Shown: one piece after another, positions 18,373-27,082 of the stretch
Position numbering within the stretch: position 1 is the first letter of the stretch
Layout: each line of letters begins with the position of its first letter
From: Nitrospirota bacterium
GTDB lineage: Bacteria; Nitrospirota; Thermodesulfovibrionia; Thermodesulfovibrionales; UBA9159
Assembly: GCA_037441365.1 (NCBI GenBank)
Contig: JBBISG010000002.1
Coordinates: 7,462-71,461, forward strand
DNA length: 64,000 bases
Reading direction: 5' to 3'
Notes under the pieces: model-generated
The model's database searches: none
Told to the model about the DNA's origin: nothing
The model's input: only the letters and a program-made list of their open reading frames with translations
Made by a program: the position numbers and the translations under genes

Positions 18373-19410
18373 TTACACCCTCCTGTATTTTCTTACTTCA
18401 TCCATCATTGCATCAAAATTTTCTGGCGGGACGGTTGGCCATATATCACAGCCAGGCCATACAGCACTGACCCCATCATCCATACACCTTTTAATGGTCT
18501 CCCTTACAAGCCCTGGGGTCCCTGAAACGAGGACATTATAGGGGTCATAGTTACCAAATATAAGCGCCTCCCTGCCAAGCCTTTTACGGGTCTCGGCAAC
18601 ATCATTTTTCTGATCAACACTGATCGCCCTTGCACCTGATTCTAACATAAAAGGGGCTATATCATTGGTCTTGCCGCAGATGTGTAAAACGCTCGGGACT
18701 GTAATCTTCTCAAAGACCTTTTTGAGATAGGGGAGTATCAGATTCTTGAAAACCCTGGGGCTCAACACATCAGAGGTTGCACCCATCTCCCTCACTGTTA
18801 TGTAATCAACACCTGCCTTTTCATACTCCCCAGCAACCACAGTGATGACATCAGCAAGCGTATCAAGGAGCCTTCCTACCTTATCAGGCTTTTTAAAGGA
18901 GAGTTTTAACAGATCATTAAGTTCCATAATCTGGCCTGCAAGGGTAAATGGTCCGAGGACATAGGAGCCAACCACAACGTCATCCCCTATCTCCTTTTTC
19001 AATATCCTTATTGCTTCACACACAAGGGGAATTCTTCCCCGTTGCTGCAGATTCTGCGGAATCGATATAGCCATCTCATCCTCATTATGGATCACCTTAT
19101 TTTTGATTGTGGGATACAATATGTCTGATGAATGGGCATACACATTTATTTCACAACCGAATGCCTCTGCCTCAACACAGAGGTCAAAAGGGACAACCCC
19201 GCACTCGAAGCCGAAGCGTTTATAACTTGTTGCCGCTGCCCTTGCCATTTTTTCTGCATCGAGGTGGACTGTTGCAAACTTATATCCGAGGGATTTGAGT
19301 CCTTCTATGGTAATGTTTCCCATTCCGCTAAAACAGGGCGGCCTGTCGACCCCTTCCCCATCAAAAAGCCTCAAGACCCTCTCCTTTGAAGATAAATTAG
19401 TACCTATCAT
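18373..19410 (-). CDS. uroporphyrinogen-decarboxylase-family methyltransferase (MtaA/MtvB/MtoB-like)
   Basis: 345 aa. SKERVLRLFDGEGVDRPP at the N-terminus, HICG motif (VLHICGKTND), and C-terminal PGCDIWPTVPPENFDAM. Confidence 0.75.
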   Translation of the reverse strand: MIGTNLSSKERVLRLFDGEGVDRPPCFSGMGNITIEGLKSLGYKFATVHLDAEKMARAAATSYKRFGFECGVVPFDLCVEAEAFGCEINVYAHSSDILYPTIKNKVIHNEDEMAISIPQNLQQRGRIPLVCEAIRILKKEIGDDVVVGSYVLGPFTLAGQIMELNDLLKLSFKKPDKVGRLLDTLADVITVVAGEYEKAGVDYITVREMGATSDVLSPRVFKNLILPYLKKVFEKITVPSVLHICGKTNDIAPFMLESGARAISVDQKNDVAETRKRLGREALIFGNYDPYNVLVSGTPGLVRETIKRCMDDGVSAVWPGCDIWPTVPPENFDAMMDEVRKYRRV

Positions 19411-19433
19411 CTAATCTCCTTTCCATTTTAGTA

Positions 19434-19449
19434 CGCAATTTTCATACCA
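19434..19449 (-). promoter_or_regulatory. sigma-54 type promoter upstream of the URO-D-family methyltransferase / corrinoid protein genes
   Basis: Minus strand reads TGGTATGAAAATTGCG, followed by ...GGAAAGGAGATTAG-ATG (19410). Confidence 0.55.
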
Positions 19450-19460
19450 GTTAATTTATT

Positions 19461-20408
19461 TTATCTCCTCGCCCCGCCTGTCATCAATTTCTCTATGAAA
19501 TCAGGGAAGTATTTTCTTATGGGAAGATTCCCATTGTCAGGTATGCTGCAGGTCTCACCAAACACAAGCGTAGAAAGCAGTATATGGGCAGTAGCCACAG
19601 CAGGAAATATTCTCGGCGCTGTAACTATCGGCCCATAAAAATTGAAATCGCTCCACAGGACAGAAGACATTCCCTGTGCAACTGCATCCATAGCCCTGAA
19701 TCCGTCGATTCCCCAGATAGATATTGAATCTTTCCACATATGGGTTCCGTTTGAGTATGCACCCCCGCATGGCAGTCCGAAATCTTCCTTTATAAGCCTG
19801 TTTGCAATCAGGGAAAGCGATGTTGCAGGCAGATTCATGACCGAGGTGTCAACGATCACTGTATCGAAACTATCTGCCCCCTGCGAGAGGATATTCTCAA
19901 GGGACCTGAGCCGTCCTGCTGGAGATTGATCGGTGTCATCAAATGCCTGAATAACGACGTGCCTTATTCCGAGGTCCTTTAGTTTATTCACCTGACCCCT
20001 GATATCCTTGTCCCATGGAGTTATGCTGTTATAGAGGAACCTGTCCTGAAGACCGAGCCGCGCTATATATTCTGTGGCCTTTGCCCTCTTTTCAGCGACC
20101 CACATATCTATTCCAAAGGGCATATCGGTCGTCTCGATGTAGAAATCTATATAAATCCTTGCCTCCTCAGGGGTGTTTGCGACCATTGCAACCATCGCAG
20201 GTATGCCTGTAGAGGCAGAGAGCTCTTCCTGTTTTTTTATAAGTTCAACTGCCTTTTGTCTGTCGAAGCTACCCTTCCTGTCAATTAGTATCCTGTCCTT
20301 ATTGTGAAACATTGATGCTATGAGAAGCGGTGGATTCTCCCCCGGCTGACCACCGATCTTTATGCCGGATATCTCAAAAGTTTTCTGCTCTTTTGCAAAT
20401 CTAAACAT
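19461..20408 (-). CDS. MtrH-family methyltransferase (methyl-corrinoid:pterin methyltransferase, MtoA/MtvA-like)
   Basis: MFRFAKEQKTFEISGIKIGGQPGENPPLLIASMFH is the characteristic MtrH N-terminus. 315 aa. Confidence 0.75.
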   Translation of the reverse strand: MFRFAKEQKTFEISGIKIGGQPGENPPLLIASMFHNKDRILIDRKGSFDRQKAVELIKKQEELSASTGIPAMVAMVANTPEEARIYIDFYIETTDMPFGIDMWVAEKRAKATEYIARLGLQDRFLYNSITPWDKDIRGQVNKLKDLGIRHVVIQAFDDTDQSPAGRLRSLENILSQGADSFDTVIVDTSVMNLPATSLSLIANRLIKEDFGLPCGGAYSNGTHMWKDSISIWGIDGFRAMDAVAQGMSSVLWSDFNFYGPIVTAPRIFPAVATAHILLSTLVFGETCSIPDNGNLPIRKYFPDFIEKLMTGGARR

Positions 20409-20545
20409 TCCTTCTCCTTTTGTTATCTCTGAATGGGTTTGGTTAATAAAACCTTTCGTGAACAGCGCCTGTGTCTGTTACTGACACGGGTTACCGAGTC
20501 ACTGACAGCAGAACGGAAAGGGGGAGTTTGCACTCCCCGCATTAA

Positions 20546-20995
20546 CTAATACACCCCATGGTCGAATCTGGGTTGGGGCAGGTACTCCCAGCTTTCACCC
20601 TTTCTATACTTGGCAGCAATATCCATGCATTTAAGGGCATACTCGAAGGCGTATGGAATACCAGGGCCGCCTGGCACAAAACCAGCCAGTATCATGCCAA
20701 CAGCCGCAGCCTCGAATATCTCCTGGTCAGTTGCGCCGGCATTTATAGCAGGGACGACATGTATGATACAGCGGGGTGAACAGTAGGCGACTCCGCCCGC
20801 CATGAACATCAACTCCTTGATCTTCTTAGAGAGCGCCCCATCTCCGAAGATGGTCGCATAGAAATCTGCAAAGGTCTTTCCGGGGTCAGGTGTAACAGTG
20901 TTTATTATCTGGAACATCCTCGGCACGAACCCCATGGTCTTTTTCATGTACTCGTTGACTTCCTCTGCTGTCATGGTCTTTCTTTCTTCGGCCAT
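20546..20995 (-). CDS. carboxymuconolactone decarboxylase (AhpD-like) family protein
   Basis: 149 aa, all-helical, with KELMFMAGGVAYCSPRCIIH. Family-level call only. Confidence 0.5.
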   Translation of the reverse strand: MAEERKTMTAEEVNEYMKKTMGFVPRMFQIINTVTPDPGKTFADFYATIFGDGALSKKIKELMFMAGGVAYCSPRCIIHVVPAINAGATDQEIFEAAAVGMILAGFVPGGPGIPYAFEYALKCMDIAAKYRKGESWEYLPQPRFDHGVY

Positions 20996-21124
20996 TTTTG
21001 CCTCCTTTTTCTGCTCGTAAGCGCTATGGCCCCGAGCAAATACCTTCCTAAGTTCTTCCCATGCCCCATGGGAAACCTCCCCTAACCTAAAACTAAACTG
21101 ATACTCCTTTTTATCACCCCCTTC

Positions 21125-22153
21125 TCAGAGCCTCCATTCCCTGGCGACCTGAATGAATTTTTTGATATTCTCGTAGGGAACGGTCGGCGGTATATCACAG
21201 CCTGGCATAAGGACAAAGCCTCCATCGCCTCCAGCGGTCTCGATCACCCTCTTGCTGGTCTCCTCTACCTCCTGGACAGTGCCCTGAAGCATCACCTTTA
21301 CAGGGTCTACATTCCCTGCAAAACACATCTTCCCGTGAAGTATCTCCTTTGCCCTGGCTATGTCGGTCTTATGGTCGAGACTTATACAGCTTGCACCAGT
21401 GAGTGGAAAGAGGTCGAGCCTGTCAGTGGTATTTCCGCATATATGAACAAGCGTATGGACATTGTTAGATTTTGCCCAGTCACTGAACCTCTTAAGATAG
21501 GGCATCGCAAATCTTTCAAATTGCTTCCGCGATATAAGGTCGCCCGATGCTGTGGGGTCAGCGAGGGTTATAACCTCAATGGTGCCGTCCTTTACAAGGG
21601 GCTCATATAAATGAATAAGCAGGTCTGTAGCAAAATCCACAACCTTTTCAACAAATGCAGGTTTTTTAAATGTTGCCTTCATCATGGGTTCCTCTCCAAC
21701 GAGCCTCGCCCCAAGAGTGAAAGGCCCCCATGCAGTCATGGTCACAACATATTCATCGCCGATTCTCGATTTGACGTACCTTAATGCCGTCTTTATCGTT
21801 CTTATAACATCTTCTCTGTCTATTGCCGTAATATCAAGCCTCTGAAGGTCGTCCTCCGAAGATACAAGGGGTGCCTCGAGGTCAGGGGCGCCTATCTCCC
21901 TGAACTTTATGGCGCCTCCGAGGGCAGCCGCATGGAAGTTGTTGTACCCTGAACCAGCATAGACTATGTCACAGAGTAATCTTCCCGACATCTGCACAAG
22001 CATGTCAGACATCTTTGATGCATCCAGTGATAAGTCTTTGAATGTGGTTCCAAAATTATGAATGCTCCACATACCACCGCCGAAGAGCGTTACAGGGACT
22101 CGTTCAGGTTTACCCCCCTCAAATGCCTTTAGAATTATCTCTCTGGGTTTCAT
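21125..22153 (-). CDS. second uroporphyrinogen-decarboxylase-family methyltransferase (paralog of 18373..19410)
   Basis: 342 aa. KPREIILKAFEGGKPERVP, HICGNTTD, PGCDIPPTVPYENIKKF. Confidence 0.75.
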   Translation of the reverse strand: MKPREIILKAFEGGKPERVPVTLFGGGMWSIHNFGTTFKDLSLDASKMSDMLVQMSGRLLCDIVYAGSGYNNFHAAALGGAIKFREIGAPDLEAPLVSSEDDLQRLDITAIDREDVIRTIKTALRYVKSRIGDEYVVTMTAWGPFTLGARLVGEEPMMKATFKKPAFVEKVVDFATDLLIHLYEPLVKDGTIEVITLADPTASGDLISRKQFERFAMPYLKRFSDWAKSNNVHTLVHICGNTTDRLDLFPLTGASCISLDHKTDIARAKEILHGKMCFAGNVDPVKVMLQGTVQEVEETSKRVIETAGGDGGFVLMPGCDIPPTVPYENIKKFIQVAREWRL

Positions 22154-22210
22154 AGTTATCCTCCCTCTATAACCCTATAACCCAATCTTAAAAAGGGTCG
22201 TTGCACTCTT

Positions 22211-22228
22211 AAGGGGCGAAGCCCCTTT
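22211..22228. repeat. short GC hairpin AAGGGGC-GAA-GCCCCTT (copy 1 of 2)
   Basis: A near-identical hairpin AAAGGGGC-AAA-GCCCCTTT lies at 22718-22736. The two bracket the receiver gene. No convincing U-tract on the transcribed (minus) strand. Confidence 0.5.
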
Positions 22229-22292
22229 AAAATCCTGAATAACGGGCATAGATCCATCATGCTAAGGAGTTTGAGAGACCGTCTCTCAACGC

Positions 22293-22649
22293 TCAAGATA
22301 ATGAATTACAGTGATGATGAACATGGCCGATATCATGTATTACCTGTTTAAATTCTTCAAGGTCAATAGGGTTTCCGATACTAAGCGCCTCCATAGAATG
22401 CCCCGTGTCTCCAATAATCACCACCGGTATATCAGGTGACACCGCCCTTATTATCTGGATTGCCTCTCCTGCCGAAAGGCCAAAGGATTCTGAGTCGATT
22501 ATTATAGCAGCATAATTCCACCTCAAGGTCATCTGAACAGCAAGGGCAGGATGATCAACAACCTCTACACTATACCCTTCATCCCTCAATGGCCCATAAA
22601 GACTCTTAACCAGGATCGGATTATGAGAGCATAAAAGAAGATTCTCCAT
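22293..22649 (-). CDS. stand-alone receiver (CheY-like) domain protein. The start is taken at MENLLL, not at the longer ORF
   Basis: The pattern LLLCSHNPILVKSL...IIIDSESFGLSAGEAIQIIRAVSPDIPVVIIGD fits a receiver fold. The acidic pocket is non-canonical (CSH instead of DD). Confidence 0.55.
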   Translation of the reverse strand: MENLLLCSHNPILVKSLYGPLRDEGYSVEVVDHPALAVQMTLRWNYAAIIIDSESFGLSAGEAIQIIRAVSPDIPVVIIGDTGHSMEALSIGNPIDLEEFKQVIHDIGHVHHHCNSLS

Positions 22650-22661
22650 GCTTATGGAATA

Positions 22662-22677
22662 TGCAAATTTAATACCA
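22662..22677 (-). promoter_or_regulatory. sigma-54 type promoter upstream of the receiver gene / methyltransferase genes
   Basis: Minus strand reads TGGTATTAAATTTGCA. Only 12 nt separate it from the ATG at 22649, so the transcript would be nearly leaderless. Confidence 0.45.
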
Positions 22678-22717
22678 TAGCGCCAGCCAGATGGTGAGGC
22701 AGTGAATGACACTTCAT

Positions 22718-22736
22718 AAAGGGGCAAAGCCCCTTT
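22718..22736. repeat. short GC hairpin AAAGGGGC-AAA-GCCCCTTT (copy 2 of 2)
   Basis: See 22211..22228. Confidence 0.5.
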
Positions 22737-22823
22737 AACCCCCCCTCTCCGCCACCTTCACCAATCCCGAATAGCTGAAAAATTACCCACCCTGTGGTAT
22801 TTTTCCCCGGTGAGCATCTCTGT

Positions 22824-23060
22824 CTACCTTTTCCTGATCAAGAATGTGATTGTGCCATTCAGTTCTTTTACCCCGAGGAGTTCATGCCCGAGCCTCTGTA
22901 AGAGGGCCGGAATATCGGCCTTTGATGCGGCATCTGTCGCAATTACCTCGAGTGTCTGTCCTGGTTCAAGCTCGGCCAGCGCCTTCTTTGTCCTTAGCAC
23001 CGGCATGGGGCAGACGAGACCCTTTGCGTCAAGCCTTTTGTCTGCTTTAATATCAGTCAT
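22824..23060 (-). CDS. TusA/SirA-family sulfur-carrier protein
   Basis: 78 aa. DAKGLVCPMPVLRTKKAL carries the CPxP active-site motif. Confidence 0.8.
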   Translation of the reverse strand: MTDIKADKRLDAKGLVCPMPVLRTKKALAELEPGQTLEVIATDAASKADIPALLQRLGHELLGVKELNGTITFLIRKR

Positions 23061-23152
23061 TCTTCCTCCTACTTTCTTCTTTTAATAGCAGTGCGATTAT
23101 ATAGTGCGATAGTCCCCGTGAACCGTGAAACGGAACACGGGTCATAGATTGC

Positions 23153-24022
23153 CTAAAGATAATCTGCGATTGCATCAAGTACCTCACTAACAGCATCTGA
23201 TTTATTCAGGGTATAAAAATGGAGATACCTTACACCGTTGCTTAGCAGGTCTTCGCATTGCTCTATAGCATACTCAACTCCCAGCTTCTTCATTTCATAT
23301 GGTTTATCAAGGGCAGGCTCCATCCTCTCCTTGATAACTTCAGGGATAGTTGTCTTACATAGAGTAGCGAACTCCAATATTTTCCCGTAATCAGTAATAG
23401 GCATAATGCCTGGTATTATAGGGATGGTTATCCCCTTTTTCTCTGCCCTGTCCATAAAATCGTAGTAATATCTGTTATCAAAAAACATCTGGGTAATACC
23501 AAAATCTGCACCTGCATCTATCTTTTGTTTCGTATACTCAATGTCCTTTTCACGGCCCCGAGATTCCTGGTGTCCCTCAGGATAGACAGCTACTGCTATC
23601 GAAAAATAATCGTATCTTCTAACAAACTCAACAAGGTCCTTTGCATATTTAAACTCACCTTTAGTTGGGTCAAAGTTTGGTACATTTTTGGGAGGGTCAC
23701 CCCTCAGGGCAAGGATGTTATCGATGCCATTGGTCATGTAATCCCTGAGGAGAGAATCCATACTTATCTTTGTTGCTCCGATGCAGGTAAGATGAGACAT
23801 CACGGTGAGGTCTGTCTCCTGTTTTATCCAGAGAAGGGTATTCCTCGTTCTATCCTGTGTGCTTCCTCCTGCTCCATAAGTAACAGATACATAGGTTGGA
23901 TCATAATGCCTCAGGGCATTAATAACTTTCATAAAACCTTCTTTTCCCTCCTCAGACCTGGGAGGGAAAAATTCGAAGGAGACCCCCTTTGCCCTTTTCT
24001 TCAATATCTCTCTAATCCGCAT
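23153..24022 (-). CDS. metF: methylenetetrahydrofolate reductase
   Basis: SFEFFPPRSEEG...VSVTYGAGGST...HLTCIG...ILALRGDPP...ITQMFFD. 289 aa. Confidence 0.85.
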   Translation of the reverse strand: MRIREILKKRAKGVSFEFFPPRSEEGKEGFMKVINALRHYDPTYVSVTYGAGGSTQDRTRNTLLWIKQETDLTVMSHLTCIGATKISMDSLLRDYMTNGIDNILALRGDPPKNVPNFDPTKGEFKYAKDLVEFVRRYDYFSIAVAVYPEGHQESRGREKDIEYTKQKIDAGADFGITQMFFDNRYYYDFMDRAEKKGITIPIIPGIMPITDYGKILEFATLCKTTIPEVIKERMEPALDKPYEMKKLGVEYAIEQCEDLLSNGVRYLHFYTLNKSDAVSEVLDAIADYL

Positions 24023-24064
24023 ACATACCTTACCTTAAGCCTATTTTCAAGGTATAACAGACTA

Positions 24065-24080
24065 TGCAAAAAGAATACCA
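24065..24080 (-). promoter_or_regulatory. sigma-54 type promoter upstream of metF
   Basis: Minus strand reads TGGTATTCTTTTTGCA, 42 nt upstream of the metF ATG. Confidence 0.55.
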
Positions 24081-24108
24081 CCTGTCTGTGTGCTGCACAC
24101 AGACAGGT
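24080..24108. promoter_or_regulatory. 14-bp perfect inverted repeat between the divergent metF and activator genes
   Basis: ACCTGTCTGTGTGC-T-GCACACAGACAGGT abuts the -24 element of the metF promoter. A related palindrome GACAGAC-T-GTCTGTC sits at 25862-25876. Confidence 0.45.
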
Positions 24109-24149
24109 ATCTTAATCTTCTCTAAGGGGAAAATGGTATAATAATTAAT

Positions 24150-25658
24150 ATGGGAAATTCCTCTGTTTCGGATATCTTAGACAGGCAAGACAAAAAACTC
24201 TCCATCCTTTATGAGATAGCCCTTACAGTCAGTAAGTCCTTGGATCTGAAAATGATCCTTGACGCTGTCCTCGAAAAGATAATTGCCTTTATGGGTGTGG
24301 ATGCTGGAGTTATCTATGTTATCGAGGAAGAGACACTCGAGATGGTCCCCGTGTCGTTTAAGAACCTTTCTGATGAGGTTGTGAGAGACCTTTGCGAAAA
24401 CAGGGTGAGGGTCGGTGAATGTATGTGTGGCAGTATCGCACAATGCGATAGAGAGGTCATAATCCTCAAGGACGCATCAAAAGACCCGAGATTCACCAGG
24501 GCGACATTGAAAAGGGAGGGGATGGAATTTTATGCCGGTCTGCCGTTGAAATCCAAGGGAAGGGTAGTTGGGGTCTTATGTGTTATTACGCATACGCCCT
24601 ATTACATAGAGGAAGAAAGCCTCGATGTGCTACGCGCTGCGACTGTCCCTATCGGTCTCGCTGTGGAAAATGCAATGCTCTTTGAAAATACAAAGAGGCA
24701 GGCCGATGCAAAGATGAGGTATTACAATTTTGAGGGCATCATCGCAAACAGTCCGAGGATGAAGGATGTCCTGAGCGTTGTAAGGAAGGTAACGGATGTG
24801 CCATCGAGCATATTGATATACGGAGAAAGCGGGACAGGGAAGGAATTGATAGCGCGGGCAATCCATTTTAACAGCATCAGAAGGGATAAGCCATTTATCG
24901 CCGTGAATTGCGCTGCTATTCCCGAGAGCCTCCTGGAATCAGAACTCTTCGGATATGTTAGAGGGGCATTTACGGGTGCTAATGCTGATAAAAAGGGTCT
25001 CTTCGAGGCAGCAGATAGCGGCACCATTTTTCTCGATGAGGTAGAGGCTATGAGTAAAAACCTGCAGGTTAAACTCTTAAGGGTTCTTCAGGAGAGGACG
25101 TTTTATAAGGTCGGCGGCACAACGCCTGTGCCTGTTGATATACGGATTATTGCTGCAACAAACCAGAGCCTCGAGGATGCTGTGAGATCGAAGCAATTCA
25201 GGGAAGACCTCTATTACAGGTTGAACGTTATAAAGATCGAGCTCCCACCCCTTAGAGAAAGGATAGAGGACATCCCTGTACTTGTCAGGTATTTTGTGAA
25301 TAAATTCTCAAAAAAAATAGGCAGAAATATAAGAAGGCTTTCAGATGATGCAATGGATGCGCTCATAAAATACCCGTGGCCAGGAAACATCAGGGAGCTC
25401 GAAAATACCATAGAGCGGGCGGTGGTTATCGCCGAAACCGACGAGATTCGGGGGAAAGACCTTCCACCAGAAATTACCCTCGATTCTAACATCACAAAAG
25501 AGGACCTCTCGCTCAGGAGGGCGATGAAGATCTTGGAGACGGCCCATATCCAGAGGGTTCTGAACCTAACTGGTGGCAATAAGAAAAAGGCTGCAGGCCT
25601 TCTTGGTCTGAATACTGCTACCCTGTGGCGTAAACTACGAAGTGCTGCCAACACATAG
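24150..25658 (+). CDS. sigma-54-dependent transcriptional activator with N-terminal GAF domain and C-terminal HTH
   Basis: GESGTGKELIARAIH (Walker A), ESELFGYVRGAFTGA, FLDEVEAM, C-terminal Fis-type HTH KKKAAGLLGLNTATLWRKL. Confidence 0.85.
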   Translation: MGNSSVSDILDRQDKKLSILYEIALTVSKSLDLKMILDAVLEKIIAFMGVDAGVIYVIEEETLEMVPVSFKNLSDEVVRDLCENRVRVGECMCGSIAQCDREVIILKDASKDPRFTRATLKREGMEFYAGLPLKSKGRVVGVLCVITHTPYYIEEESLDVLRAATVPIGLAVENAMLFENTKRQADAKMRYYNFEGIIANSPRMKDVLSVVRKVTDVPSSILIYGESGTGKELIARAIHFNSIRRDKPFIAVNCAAIPESLLESELFGYVRGAFTGANADKKGLFEAADSGTIFLDEVEAMSKNLQVKLLRVLQERTFYKVGGTTPVPVDIRIIAATNQSLEDAVRSKQFREDLYYRLNVIKIELPPLRERIEDIPVLVRYFVNKFSKKIGRNIRRLSDDAMDALIKYPWPGNIRELENTIERAVVIAETDEIRGKDLPPEITLDSNITKEDLSLRRAMKILETAHIQRVLNLTGGNKKKAAGLLGLNTATLWRKLRSAANT

Positions 25659-25762
25659 ATTGCAGTCGTGCAATACACTTAGAAAAAGATTTTTACTTAT
25701 ATGATAACTCTTTGGGCTGTTTAGTCAGGATACGGCCGTAAAAAAGATTGCATTGTTGCAAT
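25659..25762. promoter_or_regulatory. pair of perfect palindromes ATTGCA-N4-TGCAAT (25659-25674 and 25747-25762); candidate enhancer (UAS) sites
   Basis: ATTGCAGTCGTGCAAT and ATTGCATTGTTGCAAT, 88 bp apart, lie 150-250 bp upstream of the sigma-54 promoter at 25912 and directly after the activator gene. Confidence 0.5.
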
Positions 25763-25911
25763 TGTATATACCCTCTAATCATCCCAGAAAAGACCTGATT
25801 TCTTTTACCTCAAGGTTAATTTATGAAAAAATATGGCCTCTTTGAAGACAGACTTACAGAAGACAGACTGTCTGTCCTCTGTCCAAGGAACACCTTCAGC
25901 GATTTAAATTC

Positions 25912-25927
25912 TGGCAAGTAAATTGCA
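25912..25927 (+). promoter_or_regulatory. sigma-54 (-24/-12) promoter upstream of the osmC-like / dsrE-like (and possibly fdh) genes
   Basis: TGGCAAGTAAATTGCA matches TGGCAC-N5-TTGCW, with GG and GC 12 nt apart. It lies 34 nt upstream of the ATG at 25962. Confidence 0.65.
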
Positions 25928-25961
25928 TGATCTTTTTAAAACCAAAAAGGAGGTAGCGATT

Positions 25962-26495
25962 ATGGCAATAGTAAATGGGCTTGACACAGAGAAATTATTG
26001 AAGGTAGTTGAGACCGTCAAGCAAAACTGGGAGGCAGGAAAGACGGTATGGAAGGCATCGACATCATGGAAGGGCGGTTTCAGGGTCGGGGGATGGTCAA
26101 GGGATTTTGCCCCTGTCCTTTTTGATGAGCCTGAAATGCTGTGCGGGACAAATACGGCGTGCAATCCCGTGGAGATGGTTCTCCAGGCATATGGGGCATG
26201 TTTGACGATCGGCTATGCGATGAACGCTGCTGTCAGAGGGATAAAAATTGATAACATCAAGATCGAACTCGAAGGTGAAATAGACTTGCCAGGATTTCTC
26301 GGGCTCGAACCCCCTGAAAAACTCCATATGGATAAGCTGCCCGGATTCAAGACCATCACCGCAAATGTAAAGATAAAGGCCGATGCTGACGCTAAAACCC
26401 TTAAAGATCTCCATGAACATGTAATTAAAACATCACCTGTGGGTATAACCCTTTCAAGACCTGTAAAGGTGAATACCAATCTGGAGGTTGTTTAG
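25962..26495 (+). CDS. OsmC/Ohr-family protein
   Basis: The ATG at 25962 is preceded by AAAAGGAGG. The length and the pattern ...CNPVEMVLQAYGACLTIGY... fit the OsmC fold. Confidence 0.6.
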   Translation: MAIVNGLDTEKLLKVVETVKQNWEAGKTVWKASTSWKGGFRVGGWSRDFAPVLFDEPEMLCGTNTACNPVEMVLQAYGACLTIGYAMNAAVRGIKIDNIKIELEGEIDLPGFLGLEPPEKLHMDKLPGFKTITANVKIKADADAKTLKDLHEHVIKTSPVGITLSRPVKVNTNLEVV

Positions 26496-26903
26496 ATGCA
26501 GGAGACTGTGAGCGGCGGTTCTGCTGAGAATAAAAACGAGGACCTCTTTGTCGTTCTCTGTGCATCAGGTTTTGATAGGGTTGCAAATGCCCGTTCAGCC
26601 CTTATGTTCGCCACACTCGCTGCATCAGCCAACTATAGAACGATTCTTTTCTGTGTGCAGAACGCAGTAGATGTCATGGTCAAGGGCGCTATAGAGAAAA
26701 ATGAAACCCCTGTGCCTGGTGCCCCTACACTTGCACAGAGGCTGCGTGAGGCGATGGAGATGGGCGTTGAGATCCAGTGCTGTTCCCAGACGATTGACAA
26801 CAAGAGGCTTACAGAGAATGACCTCCTCACAGGCATAAAGGTAGCAGGGGCTATGAACCTCATAGCCCTTGCTACAAGGGCAAAGGGAACGCTTTCTTTT
26901 TAG
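26496..26903 (+). CDS. DsrE/DsrF-like family protein
   Basis: 135 aa. LFVVLCASGFDRVANARSALMFATLAAS...EIQCCSQTI...GAMNLIAL resembles the DsrE-like fold. Confidence 0.55.
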   Translation: MQETVSGGSAENKNEDLFVVLCASGFDRVANARSALMFATLAASANYRTILFCVQNAVDVMVKGAIEKNETPVPGAPTLAQRLREAMEMGVEIQCCSQTIDNKRLTENDLLTGIKVAGAMNLIALATRAKGTLSF

Positions 26904-27082
26904 TCCTTAATATAAATATAAGAGCTTGCAAGGAAACCCATAGGACGGAAAGGGATTAACATCATAATCCGTATCGAGGGTTCTTTGCGGAGTTTATCCT
27001 GAGCGAAAATATGAGATTCTTCGCTACGCTCAGAATGACAGGCGAAGGGTTCAGAGCCGCGAATAAAGCATTCTAAAATACC

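Noticed and set aside
22272-22288. Palindrome TGAGAGAC-C-GTCTCTCA 5 nt after the receiver gene stop, and the hairpin CCGTGAACCGT-GAA-ACGGAACACGG at about 23124-23150 after metF.
   Set aside because: These are possible terminators or protein-binding sites, but neither is followed by a U-tract on the transcribed strand. The first has a 1-nt loop. The evidence does not allow a functional call.
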